A stretch of 64,000 nucleotides of DNA from Prevotella sp. (GTDB lineage: Bacteria > Bacteroidota > Bacteroidia > Bacteroidales > Bacteroidaceae), in assembly GCA_017509155.1 (NCBI GenBank), contig JAFWQE010000024.1, forward strand, positions 55,250-119,249. Direction: 5' to 3'. This document shows, one piece after another, positions 54,001-63,190 of the stretch (its first letter is position 1; each line of letters begins with the position of its first letter). Under the pieces are notes generated by a model, which was given only the letters and a program-made list of their open reading frames with translations, did not search any database and was not told the origin of the DNA. A program made the translations under genes and the position numbers.

Positions 54001-56635
54001 ACTGAACCTTGGCATCTATCAGGTACTGCCCCGTACAATATGGGTGGGCACCGAGGCCTCAAAATTCTGGACGCGAGGCCGTGCTCCCCTCCATCTCGAA
54101 GATGAGCCCTCGCTGGAGTTCTCACGGCTCGACGACCTGCTCGATGAATACACGAGGTACTTCTCCTACGTGCATCGCTACGGCCGTTTCGACATGGTGG
54201 GCGGCGCTCCCGTCAGGCTGATGAAGTCTGAGGCTCCTGTGGCAATGCCGATGATGGTTACAGAAGAGGCTGCCATGGTTGAGGATAACATGATTATGCG
54301 CGCCAAAGAGATGGTGGATGCTGAAGAGGCAACCGCCGCTGGCACTGCCGAAGAGCAGAAGCCGGAAGGACAGCAGGAACAGGTGCGCGAGAACCTCAAT
54401 GAGACGGCGTTCTTCTTCCCCCGCCGCGTCACCGACCGACAGGGCAACGTCACGCTGGTGTTCACCCTGCCCGAGAGCATCACCACCTGGCAGTTCAAGG
54501 CGCTGGCACACGACAAGGACATGAACTTCGGATGGCTCAGCGGAGAGTGCGTGGCCAAGAAAGACGTGATGGTACAGCCCAACATGCCGCGCTTCATGCG
54601 GGTGGGCGATAAGGGTACCATTTCGGCACGCATCTTCAACACCGCCGAAAAAAATGTCAGCGGCACCATCCGCATGCAGCTCATTGACCCCGAAACCGAA
54701 AAGGTGGTCCTCGAGGAGCAGCAGCCCTTCAGCATCGAGAAGGACGCCACGACTTCCGCCACGTTTGCCGTCAGCCCTTCCGACGACCTTCCCACCTTGT
54801 TAATATGTAAGATAGTGGCCACAGGCAATGGCTTCAGCGACGGCGAGCAGCACTACCTGCCCATTCTGCCTTCTTCGGAGTGGGTCACCAACACGGCGTC
54901 CATCACCCAGCATTCACCGGGGACGGCCTCCGTCGACCTGAAGAAACTGTTCCCCGAGGGCAGTTCCCAGAAGAAGCTCACCGTGGAATACACCAACAAC
55001 CCCGCATGGCTGATGGTGCAGAGCCTGCCGTTTGTGGGCAATCCCAATGAAAAGAACGCCATCAGTCTGGCTGCGGCATACTATGCCAACAGCATCGGCA
55101 AGTTCATCCTCGCACAGTCGCCGCAGGCCAAGTCCGTCTTCGAGGGCTGGAAGCGTGAGCAGGGCGACGAGACCTCGCTCATGAGCAGTCTGGAGAAGAA
55201 CCAGGACCTGAAGAACCTGGTGCTCAACGACACACCGTGGGTGCTCGACGCCGACCGTGAGAGCGACCAGAAGCGTGCACTCGCCAACTTCTTCGACGAA
55301 GAGCAGATGGAGAGTCGCCTCAATACCATATTCGACCGTCTGCAGACCTTGCAGCACGGTGACGGCTCCTTCTCCTGGTGGCAAGGCATGCTCGGCTCGC
55401 CACGCATGACGGGCGAGGTGCTGGAGTTCCTCACACGCCTGAACCTGTTGGTGGGTAAGCAGAATGCAACGGAGCGTATGATGCGTCGGGCCAACGACTA
55501 TCTGGACAAAATCGTCAGCAAGGAGGTGGAGGAATTCAAGCAGCGCGAGAAGGATGGCCAGCCTGTCTACATCTCCTCCTATCACGCACTCCAGTGGGTG
55601 TACCTCAATGCCATTTCCGGCCGTCAGCTGGAACGCGACGAGAAAGACGCCTCCGACTATCTCATCAAGTACCTCTCGAAGCAGATCAAGACGCAGACCC
55701 TCTACGACAAGGCTCTCATGGCCATCGTCCTGTGGCAGGACGGCCAGCGCGACAAGGCACGCGAATACATCCAGAGCCTCAACGAGTACAGCGTCTTCAC
55801 AGAGGAGATGGGTCGCTACTATGATACCCCGCGTGCAGGCTACAGTTGGTTCAGCTACGCCATTCCCACGCAGGTGGCCGCCATCGAGGCCATGCGCTTC
55901 GTCATGCCCGACGACACACAGCAGGCTGTCGAAGAGATGAAACGCTGGCTCCTGCAGCAGAAACGTACGCAGAGCTGGGACACGCCCATCAATAGCGTTA
56001 ATGCCATCTTCGCCTTCCTCAATGGCAACAACAACGTGCTCGCTCAACAGCAACCCACGCGCCTGCTTGTCGACAGCAAGCCAATAGAACTGCCGCAGGC
56101 CACCGCCGGTCTGGGATACGTGAAGACCACAGCCAATGCCGACGGCAGCACTTTCACGGCTGAGAAGACCAGCAGCGGAACATCATGGGGCGCAGTCTAT
56201 GCACAGTTCATGCAGCCCACGCACCTCGTGGATGCCTCCGCCGAGGGTATGTCTGTCGTTCGCGAAATCCTCAAGGACGGCAAGCCCCTGCAGAATGGTC
56301 AGACACTCCAGGTGGGCGACAAGGTGAAGGTGCGCATCACCATCAAGGTGGAACGCGACTACGACTTCGTGCAGGTGTCAGACAAACGTGCTGCATGCAT
56401 GGAGCCCGTCAGTCAGCTCAGCGGCTATCACTGGGGCTACTATATCGCTCCACGCGACAACGCCACCAACTACTACTTCGACCAGATGCGCAAAGGCACC
56501 CACATCGTGGAGAGTGAATACTTCATTGACCGCGAAGGTACCTACGAAACAGGTACTTGTACCGTGCAGTGCGCCTATAGTCCGGAGTATACCGCACGCG
56601 CCGCGTCGCACACACTTACCATCGGTAAAAAATGA
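51077..56635 (+). CDS. Bacterial alpha-2-macroglobulin family protein
   Basis: FTDRAIYRPGQTV, VEEYKRPTFEV, VRENLNETAFF, LPESITTW, QPNMPRFMRVGD, CAYSPEY. Confidence 0.93.
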   Translation: MKNGILTWIIVLMLMPTIAMADGYDKMWNRVEQAEEKDLPKTQMEELEKIVKRAKQHGDYGHLLKAQLMYSGLEVELTPDSAKKAFGLLEETAKQLETKDKVGAAIYWAVLGKLFAENYESFDPNIGYREAHERSKIYFAKALADPALLAKEKAKVLKPAIEEGPDSYIFGDDLLSVVCMMADDDDLMYKWYNEHGPRTAALYTSLQHLENSSISYSRTFENSPYIAKLDSLISLYGDLPECGQVGLARYYAIERCSDLTQNQKIAYMDETLERWKHWPGIAELRNNRTRRTNPEFEVEVQTDLQLVGKTTQVKVTSARNISQLKVTISRLNLEQPQLYSIQTSNQLNKVMECIVPGQQQVLTRNYQPENEFVSLKDTFQLPALEPGNYLLEFSTDKDEIEKEYQLYDVSDVFLLREDLPSMKTRFAVVSATTGHPLPGANVVVYYRISSNNITSQTFACNEEGEVIVSTDHDRQGEAFWAYTANDRFMPALTRSNGRYYQYSQRGEKQVNKVQIFTDRAIYRPGQTVHVSMLAFSTANGWTTSVCADSKLKLSLNDANGKMVESVELTTDEFGSAEADFKLPANGLTGLFTLRVDNPWTRQTLRVEEYKRPTFEVEFDEYKERYEAGETIKLKGHARSYAGVPVQGAKVKYAIRRGLSWWYWWRDRGDGEMLSEGEATTADDGSFEVPMKLDLPSSDYYIYTFTAKAEVTDLGGESHEGEISIPLGRKSTSFYCNIPDKSEKVKLKTVTFSRRNAAGAEIDGDVEYTIDNGPKCKVKANQPVDIMASKLPSGKHVLNAVCGTDTLETSFILFSLDDQRPCVETHDWFYKTDDKFPLDPKGDPVAVQIGTSDEDTYVLYNVIADDKVVESGHFLLDNAVKTFRYKYKEEYGTGLLLTYSWVKDGQHYTHTTTIARHEPDKSLKMEWTTFRDKLKPGQKEQWSLRVKRPDGKVVPAQIVATMYDKSLDQLANLAWTLNLGIYQVLPRTIWVGTEASKFWTRGRAPLHLEDEPSLEFSRLDDLLDEYTRYFSYVHRYGRFDMVGGAPVRLMKSEAPVAMPMMVTEEAAMVEDNMIMRAKEMVDAEEATAAGTAEEQKPEGQQEQVRENLNETAFFFPRRVTDRQGNVTLVFTLPESITTWQFKALAHDKDMNFGWLSGECVAKKDVMVQPNMPRFMRVGDKGTISARIFNTAEKNVSGTIRMQLIDPETEKVVLEEQQPFSIEKDATTSATFAVSPSDDLPTLLICKIVATGNGFSDGEQHYLPILPSSEWVTNTASITQHSPGTASVDLKKLFPEGSSQKKLTVEYTNNPAWLMVQSLPFVGNPNEKNAISLAAAYYANSIGKFILAQSPQAKSVFEGWKREQGDETSLMSSLEKNQDLKNLVLNDTPWVLDADRESDQKRALANFFDEEQMESRLNTIFDRLQTLQHGDGSFSWWQGMLGSPRMTGEVLEFLTRLNLLVGKQNATERMMRRANDYLDKIVSKEVEEFKQREKDGQPVYISSYHALQWVYLNAISGRQLERDEKDASDYLIKYLSKQIKTQTLYDKALMAIVLWQDGQRDKAREYIQSLNEYSVFTEEMGRYYDTPRAGYSWFSYAIPTQVAAIEAMRFVMPDDTQQAVEEMKRWLLQQKRTQSWDTPINSVNAIFAFLNGNNNVLAQQQPTRLLVDSKPIELPQATAGLGYVKTTANADGSTFTAEKTSSGTSWGAVYAQFMQPTHLVDASAEGMSVVREILKDGKPLQNGQTLQVGDKVKVRITIKVERDYDFVQVSDKRAACMEPVSQLSGYHWGYYIAPRDNATNYYFDQMRKGTHIVESEYFIDREGTYETGTCTVQCAYSPEYTARAASHTLTIGKK

Positions 56636-57696
56636 TTATGAACAGAATAACCATACTATCAGCCTTGACCATGGCCGCCGTCATGGTCAAGGCGCAGACC
56701 ATTACCACTGACCATGAGGTCATCGATTTAGGAAACATCGTCTACGAAACCCCGTCAACAGCCACTTTCGAGCTGCGCAACACGGGCAACAGCCCGTTGG
56801 TGCTCAACGAGGTACACACCAGCTGTGGTTGTACCAAGGCCCAGTTCCCGCGCCAGCCTATTGCACCCGGTGAGACGTTCACCATCACCGCCACCTACGA
56901 CGCTCAGCAACTCGGTCATTTCATGAAGGACATTGCCCTCTACAGCAATGCCTCCGACAAGCCTTTCTACCTGAGCATTCGCGGCGCCGTCGTTGACGAG
57001 GTGGTCGATTTCTCCGGCACCTATCCCTTCATGCTGGGCGACATTTCGTCCGACCTCAACGACGTGGAGTTCGACGACGTTAACCGGGGCGAGCGTCCCA
57101 TGCAGAAGATTCACGTGAAGAACACCAGTACGCGTGCCGTCAACCCCACCGTGATGCATCTGCCCGATTACCTTTCGGCAACGGTTTCTCCAACCACCAT
57201 CCAGCCTGGACGTGAGGGCGTTGTCACTCTCATTCTCGATTCTCGTCAGCTCCGCGACTACGGTCTTACGCAGACGAGCGTGTTCCTCGGTATGTTCCCA
57301 GGCGACAAGGTGGCCCTCAACAAGGAGATATCCGTTTCTGCCGTGCTGTTGCCGGCCTTCAAGGAACTCACCGATACCGAGCTGGCCAATTCACCACAGT
57401 TGCGCATTTCCCACGAGAACATCGATATCGACTTCCGCGGAAAGAAGAAGCGCACAGAGACCATCGCACTCGAGAACGTAGGCCGCACGACCCTCGACAT
57501 CAGCTCTCTGCAGATGTTCACCACAGGTCTTAAGGTGAAGCTCAACAAAGACCGTCTGGCTCCTGGTGAGAAGGCCACGCTCAAGATTACTGCCGATGCC
57601 GCCCTTCTGCGTACTTCGCGCAGTCGTCCACGTGTCATCATGATTACCAATGACCCTCTCAAACCCAAGGTCATCATCAATATCAACGTCAAATAA
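56632..57696 (+). CDS. DUF1573 domain-containing exported protein
   Basis: NTGNSPLV..SCGCT..PIAPGE motif; repeated Ig-like domains. Confidence 0.87.
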   Translation: MIMNRITILSALTMAAVMVKAQTITTDHEVIDLGNIVYETPSTATFELRNTGNSPLVLNEVHTSCGCTKAQFPRQPIAPGETFTITATYDAQQLGHFMKDIALYSNASDKPFYLSIRGAVVDEVVDFSGTYPFMLGDISSDLNDVEFDDVNRGERPMQKIHVKNTSTRAVNPTVMHLPDYLSATVSPTTIQPGREGVVTLILDSRQLRDYGLTQTSVFLGMFPGDKVALNKEISVSAVLLPAFKELTDTELANSPQLRISHENIDIDFRGKKKRTETIALENVGRTTLDISSLQMFTTGLKVKLNKDRLAPGEKATLKITADAALLRTSRSRPRVIMITNDPLKPKVIININVK

Positions 57697-57778
57697 GAAC
57701 TGCGGTGCGTGGTGCCTCCGCTTTGTTGTCTATACATTATTATTTATATATTAAGGTGCGAATCACCAGATTATCATT

Positions 57779-58912
57779 ATGGAACACCCAGAAAACAGCT
57801 CTGAATACAAAGGTCTGCAAGTCAATAGTGGCGTAGAGCAGCAGTCAATCATCAACCCCTACCTGCGCCGCGGCCGTTTCCGCCGTCGCGAACTCAGCGT
57901 TGCCGAGATGGTAGAAGGCATTCTCAGGGGCAACATCACTGTGCTCAGTCAGGCTGTCACCCTCGTTGAGAGTGTCAATCCCGACCATTACGCCCGTGCA
58001 CAGGAGGTGATCGACAAGTGCCTTCCCTACAGTGGCAACAGTCTCCGCATAGGCATCAGCGGCGTGCCGGGAGCCGGCAAGAGCACCAGCATCGACGAGT
58101 TCGGCATCCACGTCCTCGACCGTTTCAAGGGCAAGCTCGCAGTTCTCGCCATCGACCCCAGTTCAGAGCGTTCCAAAGGAAGCATATTAGGCGACAAGAC
58201 ACGCATGGAGAAACTCTCGCAGCATCCCGATGCCTTCATACGTCCTTCGCCAACAGCAGGCTCTCTCGGTGGCGTGGCACGCAAGACGCGCGAGACCATC
58301 ATCCTCTGCGAGGCAGCAGGCTTCGACAAGATATTTGTTGAGACCGTGGGAGTGGGGCAGAGTGAGACAGCGTGTCACTCGATGGTCGACTTCTTCCTTC
58401 TCATACAGCTCGCTGGCACTGGCGACGAGTTGCAGGGCATCAAGCGCGGTATCATGGAGATAGCCGACGGCATCGTCATCAACAAATGCGACGGAAACAA
58501 TGTTGACAAGTGCCAGATGGCCGCCACCAATTTCCGCAATGCTCTCCACTTCTTCCCTATGCCCGACAGTGGATGGCTCCCGAAAGTGCTCTGCTACAGC
58601 GGTTTCTATGGCACAGGCGTTAAAGAGGTGTGGGACATGATCTACCAGTACTTCGACTTCGTTCGTGCCAACGGATACTTCAACTACCGTCGTAACGAAC
58701 AGGCCAAATACTGGATGTATGAGTCCATCAATGAGCATCTGCGCAACTCCTTCTATAACAATCCCGTCATAGAACGCCTCATCCCCCAGGCAGAACAGGA
58801 AGTGCTCGGTGGTACTAAGACCTCCTTCGCCGCCGCTGCCGACCTCCTTGGGCACTATTTCAAGCTGATGGAGAACTCGTCGGCCCGTCCTTCTGGGGAA
58901 AAAGCAGAATAG
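57779..58912 (+). CDS. meaB: Methylmalonyl-CoA mutase-associated GTPase MeaB (ArgK)
   Basis: GVPGAGKST, AIDPSS, GSILGDKTRM, ETVGVGQSE, GDELQGIKRGIME, NKCD. Confidence 0.95.
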   Translation: MEHPENSSEYKGLQVNSGVEQQSIINPYLRRGRFRRRELSVAEMVEGILRGNITVLSQAVTLVESVNPDHYARAQEVIDKCLPYSGNSLRIGISGVPGAGKSTSIDEFGIHVLDRFKGKLAVLAIDPSSERSKGSILGDKTRMEKLSQHPDAFIRPSPTAGSLGGVARKTRETIILCEAAGFDKIFVETVGVGQSETACHSMVDFFLLIQLAGTGDELQGIKRGIMEIADGIVINKCDGNNVDKCQMAATNFRNALHFFPMPDSGWLPKVLCYSGFYGTGVKEVWDMIYQYFDFVRANGYFNYRRNEQAKYWMYESINEHLRNSFYNNPVIERLIPQAEQEVLGGTKTSFAAAADLLGHYFKLMENSSARPSGEKAE

Positions 58913-58944
58913 CGCATCTGGCCTTTACTGACATCATCAGAGAA

Positions 58945-59901
58945 ATGAACAACGAAAACACGCAATCGAAGCCCTCACCACTTCCTCAAAAAGGCGAGGA
59001 AGGCAGGGATTCCGTTTCCATAGAGATAGACAGCAGTTCGGGTTTCTGCTTCGGCGTCACCACCGCCATCAAGAAAGCCGAGGAAGAGCTTGCCAAGGGC
59101 ACCACGCTCTACTGTCTTGGCGACATTGTTCACAATGCCATGGAGTGTGAGCGGCTGCGGCACATGGGACTTGTCACCATCAGTCACGAAGACATGGCCC
59201 GCCTGCACAACGCCAAGGTGTTGCTGCGAGCCCATGGAGAGCCCCCCGAGACCTATCAGCTCGCACAACGCAACAACATCGAGATTATTGATGCCACATG
59301 CCCTGTGGTTTTGCAGCTGCAGCGGCGCATCAAGCGGCAGTATGAAGCCCAGAAGGAACAGACCGCGGAAGGTTCCTCTATCATCATCTTTGGAAAACCC
59401 GGACATGCAGAGGTGCTTGGACTCGTCGGCCAGACACAGGGACATGCCACCGTCATCGCCAATCAGGAAGATGCCAAGCACCTTGATTTCTCACGCGACA
59501 TCTATCTTTATTCGCAGACAACCAAGTCGCTCGACGAGTTCCAGCGCATTATCACATATATCCGACAGCATATTGCGCCAGGACGAACCTTCCAGAGTTT
59601 CGATACCATCTGCCGGCAGGTGGCCAATCGCATGCCAAACGTCTCTGCCTTTGCTCAGCGCCACCAGCTCGTACTCTTTGTGTGTGGGCGGAAAAGCAGC
59701 AACGGACACGTGCTGTTCAACGAATGCCAGCGCGTCAATCCCAACAGCCATCTCATCGAGAGTGCCTCTGAAATCAACATGCAATGGCTCAGCGGTGTCA
59801 CGTCCATTGGTATTTGTGGAGCCACCAGCACTCCCAAATGGCTTATGGAAGAATGCCGCGATGCCATACTCAGGCACACTGAAAGCAGTAGAAAAGAGTA
59901 A
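58945..59901 (+). CDS. ispH: 4-hydroxy-3-methylbut-2-enyl diphosphate reductase
   Basis: GFCFGV, IVHN, RAHG, DATCP, HAEV, QTT, DTIC, SSN, GATSTP. Confidence 0.96.
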   Translation: MNNENTQSKPSPLPQKGEEGRDSVSIEIDSSSGFCFGVTTAIKKAEEELAKGTTLYCLGDIVHNAMECERLRHMGLVTISHEDMARLHNAKVLLRAHGEPPETYQLAQRNNIEIIDATCPVVLQLQRRIKRQYEAQKEQTAEGSSIIIFGKPGHAEVLGLVGQTQGHATVIANQEDAKHLDFSRDIYLYSQTTKSLDEFQRIITYIRQHIAPGRTFQSFDTICRQVANRMPNVSAFAQRHQLVLFVCGRKSSNGHVLFNECQRVNPNSHLIESASEINMQWLSGVTSIGICGATSTPKWLMEECRDAILRHTESSRKE

Positions 59902-59945
59902 TTCCGTATCTCTTTTCTTTGTAAACCCAGATATGTTTAGCCGAT

Positions 59946-59986
59946 AAAAAAAGACCGCACCCAGGCATAAAGCCCGGATGCGGTCT
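59946..59986 (-). terminator. Intrinsic terminator of 60042..60401 gene
   Basis: AGACCGCA/TGCGGTCT stem followed by a T-run on the minus strand. Confidence 0.7.
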
Positions 59987-60041
59987 GGCGATAATAGTTA
60001 TTCTAAGAAAAACTTCTCTCTCTTCATGCCGACGGCGCCTA

Positions 60042-60401
60042 TTAGCGCAGTCCACGGTTCACCAGTGTGGTGTTGAGCAGCAGCAGGTAGTGCTTGTACT
60101 GCTTGTAGTTGAGAATGCTGCGCATGTAGCGAAGGTCCATTTTAATGGCGTTCTTCATCATTGCCTCGCGCGATTCCTCGCTTGCAGCAGCCGCGCTCAT
60201 CATGTTGGTGCAGAACATCTGGTGAACGTCTTTCACAGCTTCGAGCTGGTCGCTGGTCAGGTCGAGTGCCTCGCCCAGCTTGTTGTAGTTCACCTCCATG
60301 TTGTAGGCCTGCATGTTGTTTGTCGTGTTCAGATTCTCATCTTCTGCGAATGTCATAGTCATGCTGAGCACGGCCATAACGGTCAAAAACAATCTTTTCA
60401 T
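60042..60401 (-). CDS. Small exported hypothetical protein (Bacteroidales conserved type)
   Basis: Signal peptide; helical domain ending LLNTTLVNRGL; -7 box TACCTTTG on the minus strand at 60486-60493. Confidence 0.85.
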   Translation of the reverse strand: MKRLFLTVMAVLSMTMTFAEDENLNTTNNMQAYNMEVNYNKLGEALDLTSDQLEAVKDVHQMFCTNMMSAAAASEESREAMMKNAIKMDLRYMRSILNYKQYKHYLLLLNTTLVNRGLR

Positions 60402-60647
60402 ACTTTTTTTCCTTTCTTTTTGTTATCCTAAAATGTTATCCTGAAGGCGCCACTCTTCAGCGCCTTTTCTTTGTAATTCGCGCTGCAAAGGTAAGGCGTT
60501 TATCGTTTCACGCAAAGGCTTTTTGGCTGTTGTTTGCGCAAACAGGGCCGTTTTTTGACGTAAATCAAAAAACAGAGCCACATTTTTTGCCATCTCGAAT
60601 ATTATGCGTACATTTGCAGACAAATCGTAAACAAAACCTCTTTTTTC

Positions 60648-61238
60648 ATGGAAGAACAAAACAAAAACCTCTATATCGCCGTGGCCTACAAGTTGTTTGC
60701 CGCAGGCGAGAAGACACTGCAGTTTATCGAGGAAGCCACCGACGAAAGGCCCTTTGTGTTTATCAGTGGCTTTGGTGTCACACTGCCTGAATTTGAGAAA
60801 CAGGTGGCTGGACTGTCTAAAGGTCAGGAGTTCAATTTCACGCTTGCCAAAGAGCAGGCCTATGGCGACATCGAAGCAGAGCGTATTGTAGATCTCTCGC
60901 GCGACATTTTCTGCATCGACGGTAAGTTTGACAGCGAACACGTGCAGGTGGGAGCCATACTCCCCATGCAGAATGAAGACGGACAGTATTTTCATGGTAG
61001 GGTGGTTGCCATCGACGACCAGCAGGTGCGCATCGACCTGAACCATCCGCTGGCAGGTCGCGAACTCAATTTCAACGGATACATCGTGGAGAGTCGTGAG
61101 GCCACCAACGAGGAAATACAGCAGTTCATCAACCGTCTCAGTGGCGGTGGCTGTGGTGAAGGCTGCGGCGGATGTGGTGGTTGCGGCAGCGACGATGGCG
61201 GCTGCGGCGGTGGTGGCTGTGGAAACTGCAATGGCTAA
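60648..61238 (+). CDS. slyD: FKBP-type peptidyl-prolyl isomerase, SlyD-like
   Basis: EQAYG, IDLNHPLAGRELNF, REAT..E; Cys/Gly-rich tail. Confidence 0.9.
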   Translation: MEEQNKNLYIAVAYKLFAAGEKTLQFIEEATDERPFVFISGFGVTLPEFEKQVAGLSKGQEFNFTLAKEQAYGDIEAERIVDLSRDIFCIDGKFDSEHVQVGAILPMQNEDGQYFHGRVVAIDDQQVRIDLNHPLAGRELNFNGYIVESREATNEEIQQFINRLSGGGCGEGCGGCGGCGSDDGGCGGGGCGNCNG

Positions 61239-61301
61239 GCCCATATCCATCCACATAGAAAACAACAAAACAGGTGCACCTGCGCCCCATTCCTTTTCCC
61301 T

Positions 61302-62387
61302 ATGCGTAACACTTTCGGAAACCTCTTTACGCTGACCACATTCGGCGAGAGTCACGGACCGGCCGTTGGCGGAGTCGTAGACGGCATGCCCGCCGGCATC
61401 GATGTGGACATGGACTTCATACAGGCAGAGCTGGCAAGACGCAGACCAGGCCAAAGCAAGATTACCACCGACAGGCGGGAAACCGACGAGGTGGAGCTGC
61501 TCAGTGGCGTGTTCGAGGGCAAGACGACAGGAGCCCCCATCGGATTCATCGTCAGAAACCAGAACCAGCATTCGCACGACTACGACAATATGTGCGAACT
61601 GTTCCGTCCCAGCCATGCCGACTACACCTATTATTATAAATATGGTACGCGAGACCATCGTGGAGGTGGACGTTCGTCGGCCCGCATCACCATCAGCCGA
61701 TGTGTGGGCGGAGCTTTGGCCAAACTGGCCCTGCGCCATCTGGGCATCAGCGTGCAGGCCTACACATCGCAGGTGGCCCATCTGGCTCTTTCGCGCGACT
61801 ACAGTCGCTACGACCTCAGTCTTGCGGAGACCAATGCGGTGCGTTGTCCCGACCCAGACATGGCTCAGCAGATGGAAGACCTCATCGCCCAGGTGAAGGC
61901 CGAGGGCGATACCGTGGGCGGCATCATCACTTGTGTGGTGAAAGGTTGTCCCCCGGGACTTGGAGAGCCTGAGTTTGGCAAACTCCATGCGCAGCTTGGT
62001 GCGGCCATGCTTAGCATCAATGCCGCCAAGGGTTTCGAATATGGCGATGGCTTCGACTGCGTGCTTACACGTGGTTCCGAACAGAATGACCGTTTCCTTC
62101 CAGGCGAAGGCTCGCCTTTGCGGCTGTCCACGCTCACCAATCATAGCGGCGGCATTCAGGGCGGCATCAGCAATGGGCAGGACATCTGCTTCCGAGTGGC
62201 TTTCAAACCCGTTGCCACCCTGCTGCAGGAACAGCCCACAGTCGACATCAACGGGCACCCCACCGTACTGAGAGCACGTGGTCGCCACGACCCATGTGTG
62301 TTGCCACGAGCCGTGCCTATCGTAGAAGCCATGGCCAGCATGGTAATTTTAGACTGCTTTTTGGTCAATAAGTCGATAAAAATGTGA
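61302..62387 (+). CDS. aroC: Chorismate synthase
   Basis: [38 protein letters not shown]. Confidence 0.98.
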   Translation: MRNTFGNLFTLTTFGESHGPAVGGVVDGMPAGIDVDMDFIQAELARRRPGQSKITTDRRETDEVELLSGVFEGKTTGAPIGFIVRNQNQHSHDYDNMCELFRPSHADYTYYYKYGTRDHRGGGRSSARITISRCVGGALAKLALRHLGISVQAYTSQVAHLALSRDYSRYDLSLAETNAVRCPDPDMAQQMEDLIAQVKAEGDTVGGIITCVVKGCPPGLGEPEFGKLHAQLGAAMLSINAAKGFEYGDGFDCVLTRGSEQNDRFLPGEGSPLRLSTLTNHSGGIQGGISNGQDICFRVAFKPVATLLQEQPTVDINGHPTVLRARGRHDPCVLPRAVPIVEAMASMVILDCFLVNKSIKM

Positions 62388-62459
62388 AAAAACTACGAAA
62401 AGCAAAAAAAAATCCGGATAAAGTTTTGTAGTTTGGATGGATTTACGTAAATTTGCATC

Positions 62460-62567
62460 GGCATTACGAAATTTATTTTTTGGGTTTGTGAAAATCCCGT
62501 AAATGCCTAGTTAAGTCTAGTTTAGTTTTTGTGTTGGTTGCCCCCCGCTGTTTGGCGGGGGGCTTTT
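62460..62567 (+). ncRNA. Candidate small RNA (about 105 nt)
   Basis: Promoter TTTG (62425-62428), 19-nt spacer, TAAATTTG (62448-62455); 5' stem GGCATTACG/CGTAAATGCC; terminator at 62540-62567; no credible ORF. Confidence 0.55.
62540..62567 (+). terminator. Intrinsic terminator
   Basis: GCCCCCCGC / GCGGGGGGC stem followed by TTTT. Confidence 0.85.
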
Positions 62568-62694
62568 GTATATATATGTGACAGATATTTGCCGCTTACG
62601 ACCCTTTTGGTTAAAGAATATAAAATTCATGCGGCAGGCGTAGTAAATTTTCAGTTGTCGCGTCTAAAGAGCAAATAACAATCCGAAAAAAGAA

Positions 62695-63177
62695 ATGGAA
62701 AAGCAAGAATTAGAGTTCACCCGTATGGTGAAAGAACACAAGAGCACCATCTACACTGTGTGCTACATGTTCTCGAACGATGCCGACGAGGTCGGCGACT
62801 TCTTCCAGGATGTGCTGACAAATCTGTGGAAGGGCTTCAGTTCGTTTGAAGGGCGAAGCGATGTCAGGACATGGATCTACCGCGTCAGCCTCAACACCTG
62901 CATCTCAGCAGACCGCAAGAAGCGCAAGATGAAGTCGGTGCCTCTCTCAATGGACATCAACCCCTATGAAGACCAGAGCGAGGACATCCGCCAGAGTGAG
63001 ATGCTCAGACAGCGCATCGCAAAGCTGGGAGCCTTCGACCGCGCCATCATACTGTTGTGGCTCGAAAACATGAGCTACGAGGAGATAGGACAAGTGGTGG
63101 GCATCTCCACCAAGAATGTCTCGGTGCGACTCTTCCGCATCAAGGAACAACTGAAAAGAATGTCAAACGATCAATAA
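62695..63177 (+). CDS. ECF-type RNA polymerase sigma factor
   Basis: DFFQDV..LWK, TWIYRVSLNT (region 2); SYEEIGQVVGIS..NVSVRLFRIK (region 4). Confidence 0.95.
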   Translation: MEKQELEFTRMVKEHKSTIYTVCYMFSNDADEVGDFFQDVLTNLWKGFSSFEGRSDVRTWIYRVSLNTCISADRKKRKMKSVPLSMDINPYEDQSEDIRQSEMLRQRIAKLGAFDRAIILLWLENMSYEEIGQVVGISTKNVSVRLFRIKEQLKRMSNDQ

Positions 63178-63190
63178 AAAAACAGCAACA

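Noticed and set aside
62643-62667. Autoregulatory ECF promoter (GTAA...CGTCTAA)
   Set aside because: -35 match and spacing are too weak to support from sequence alone.
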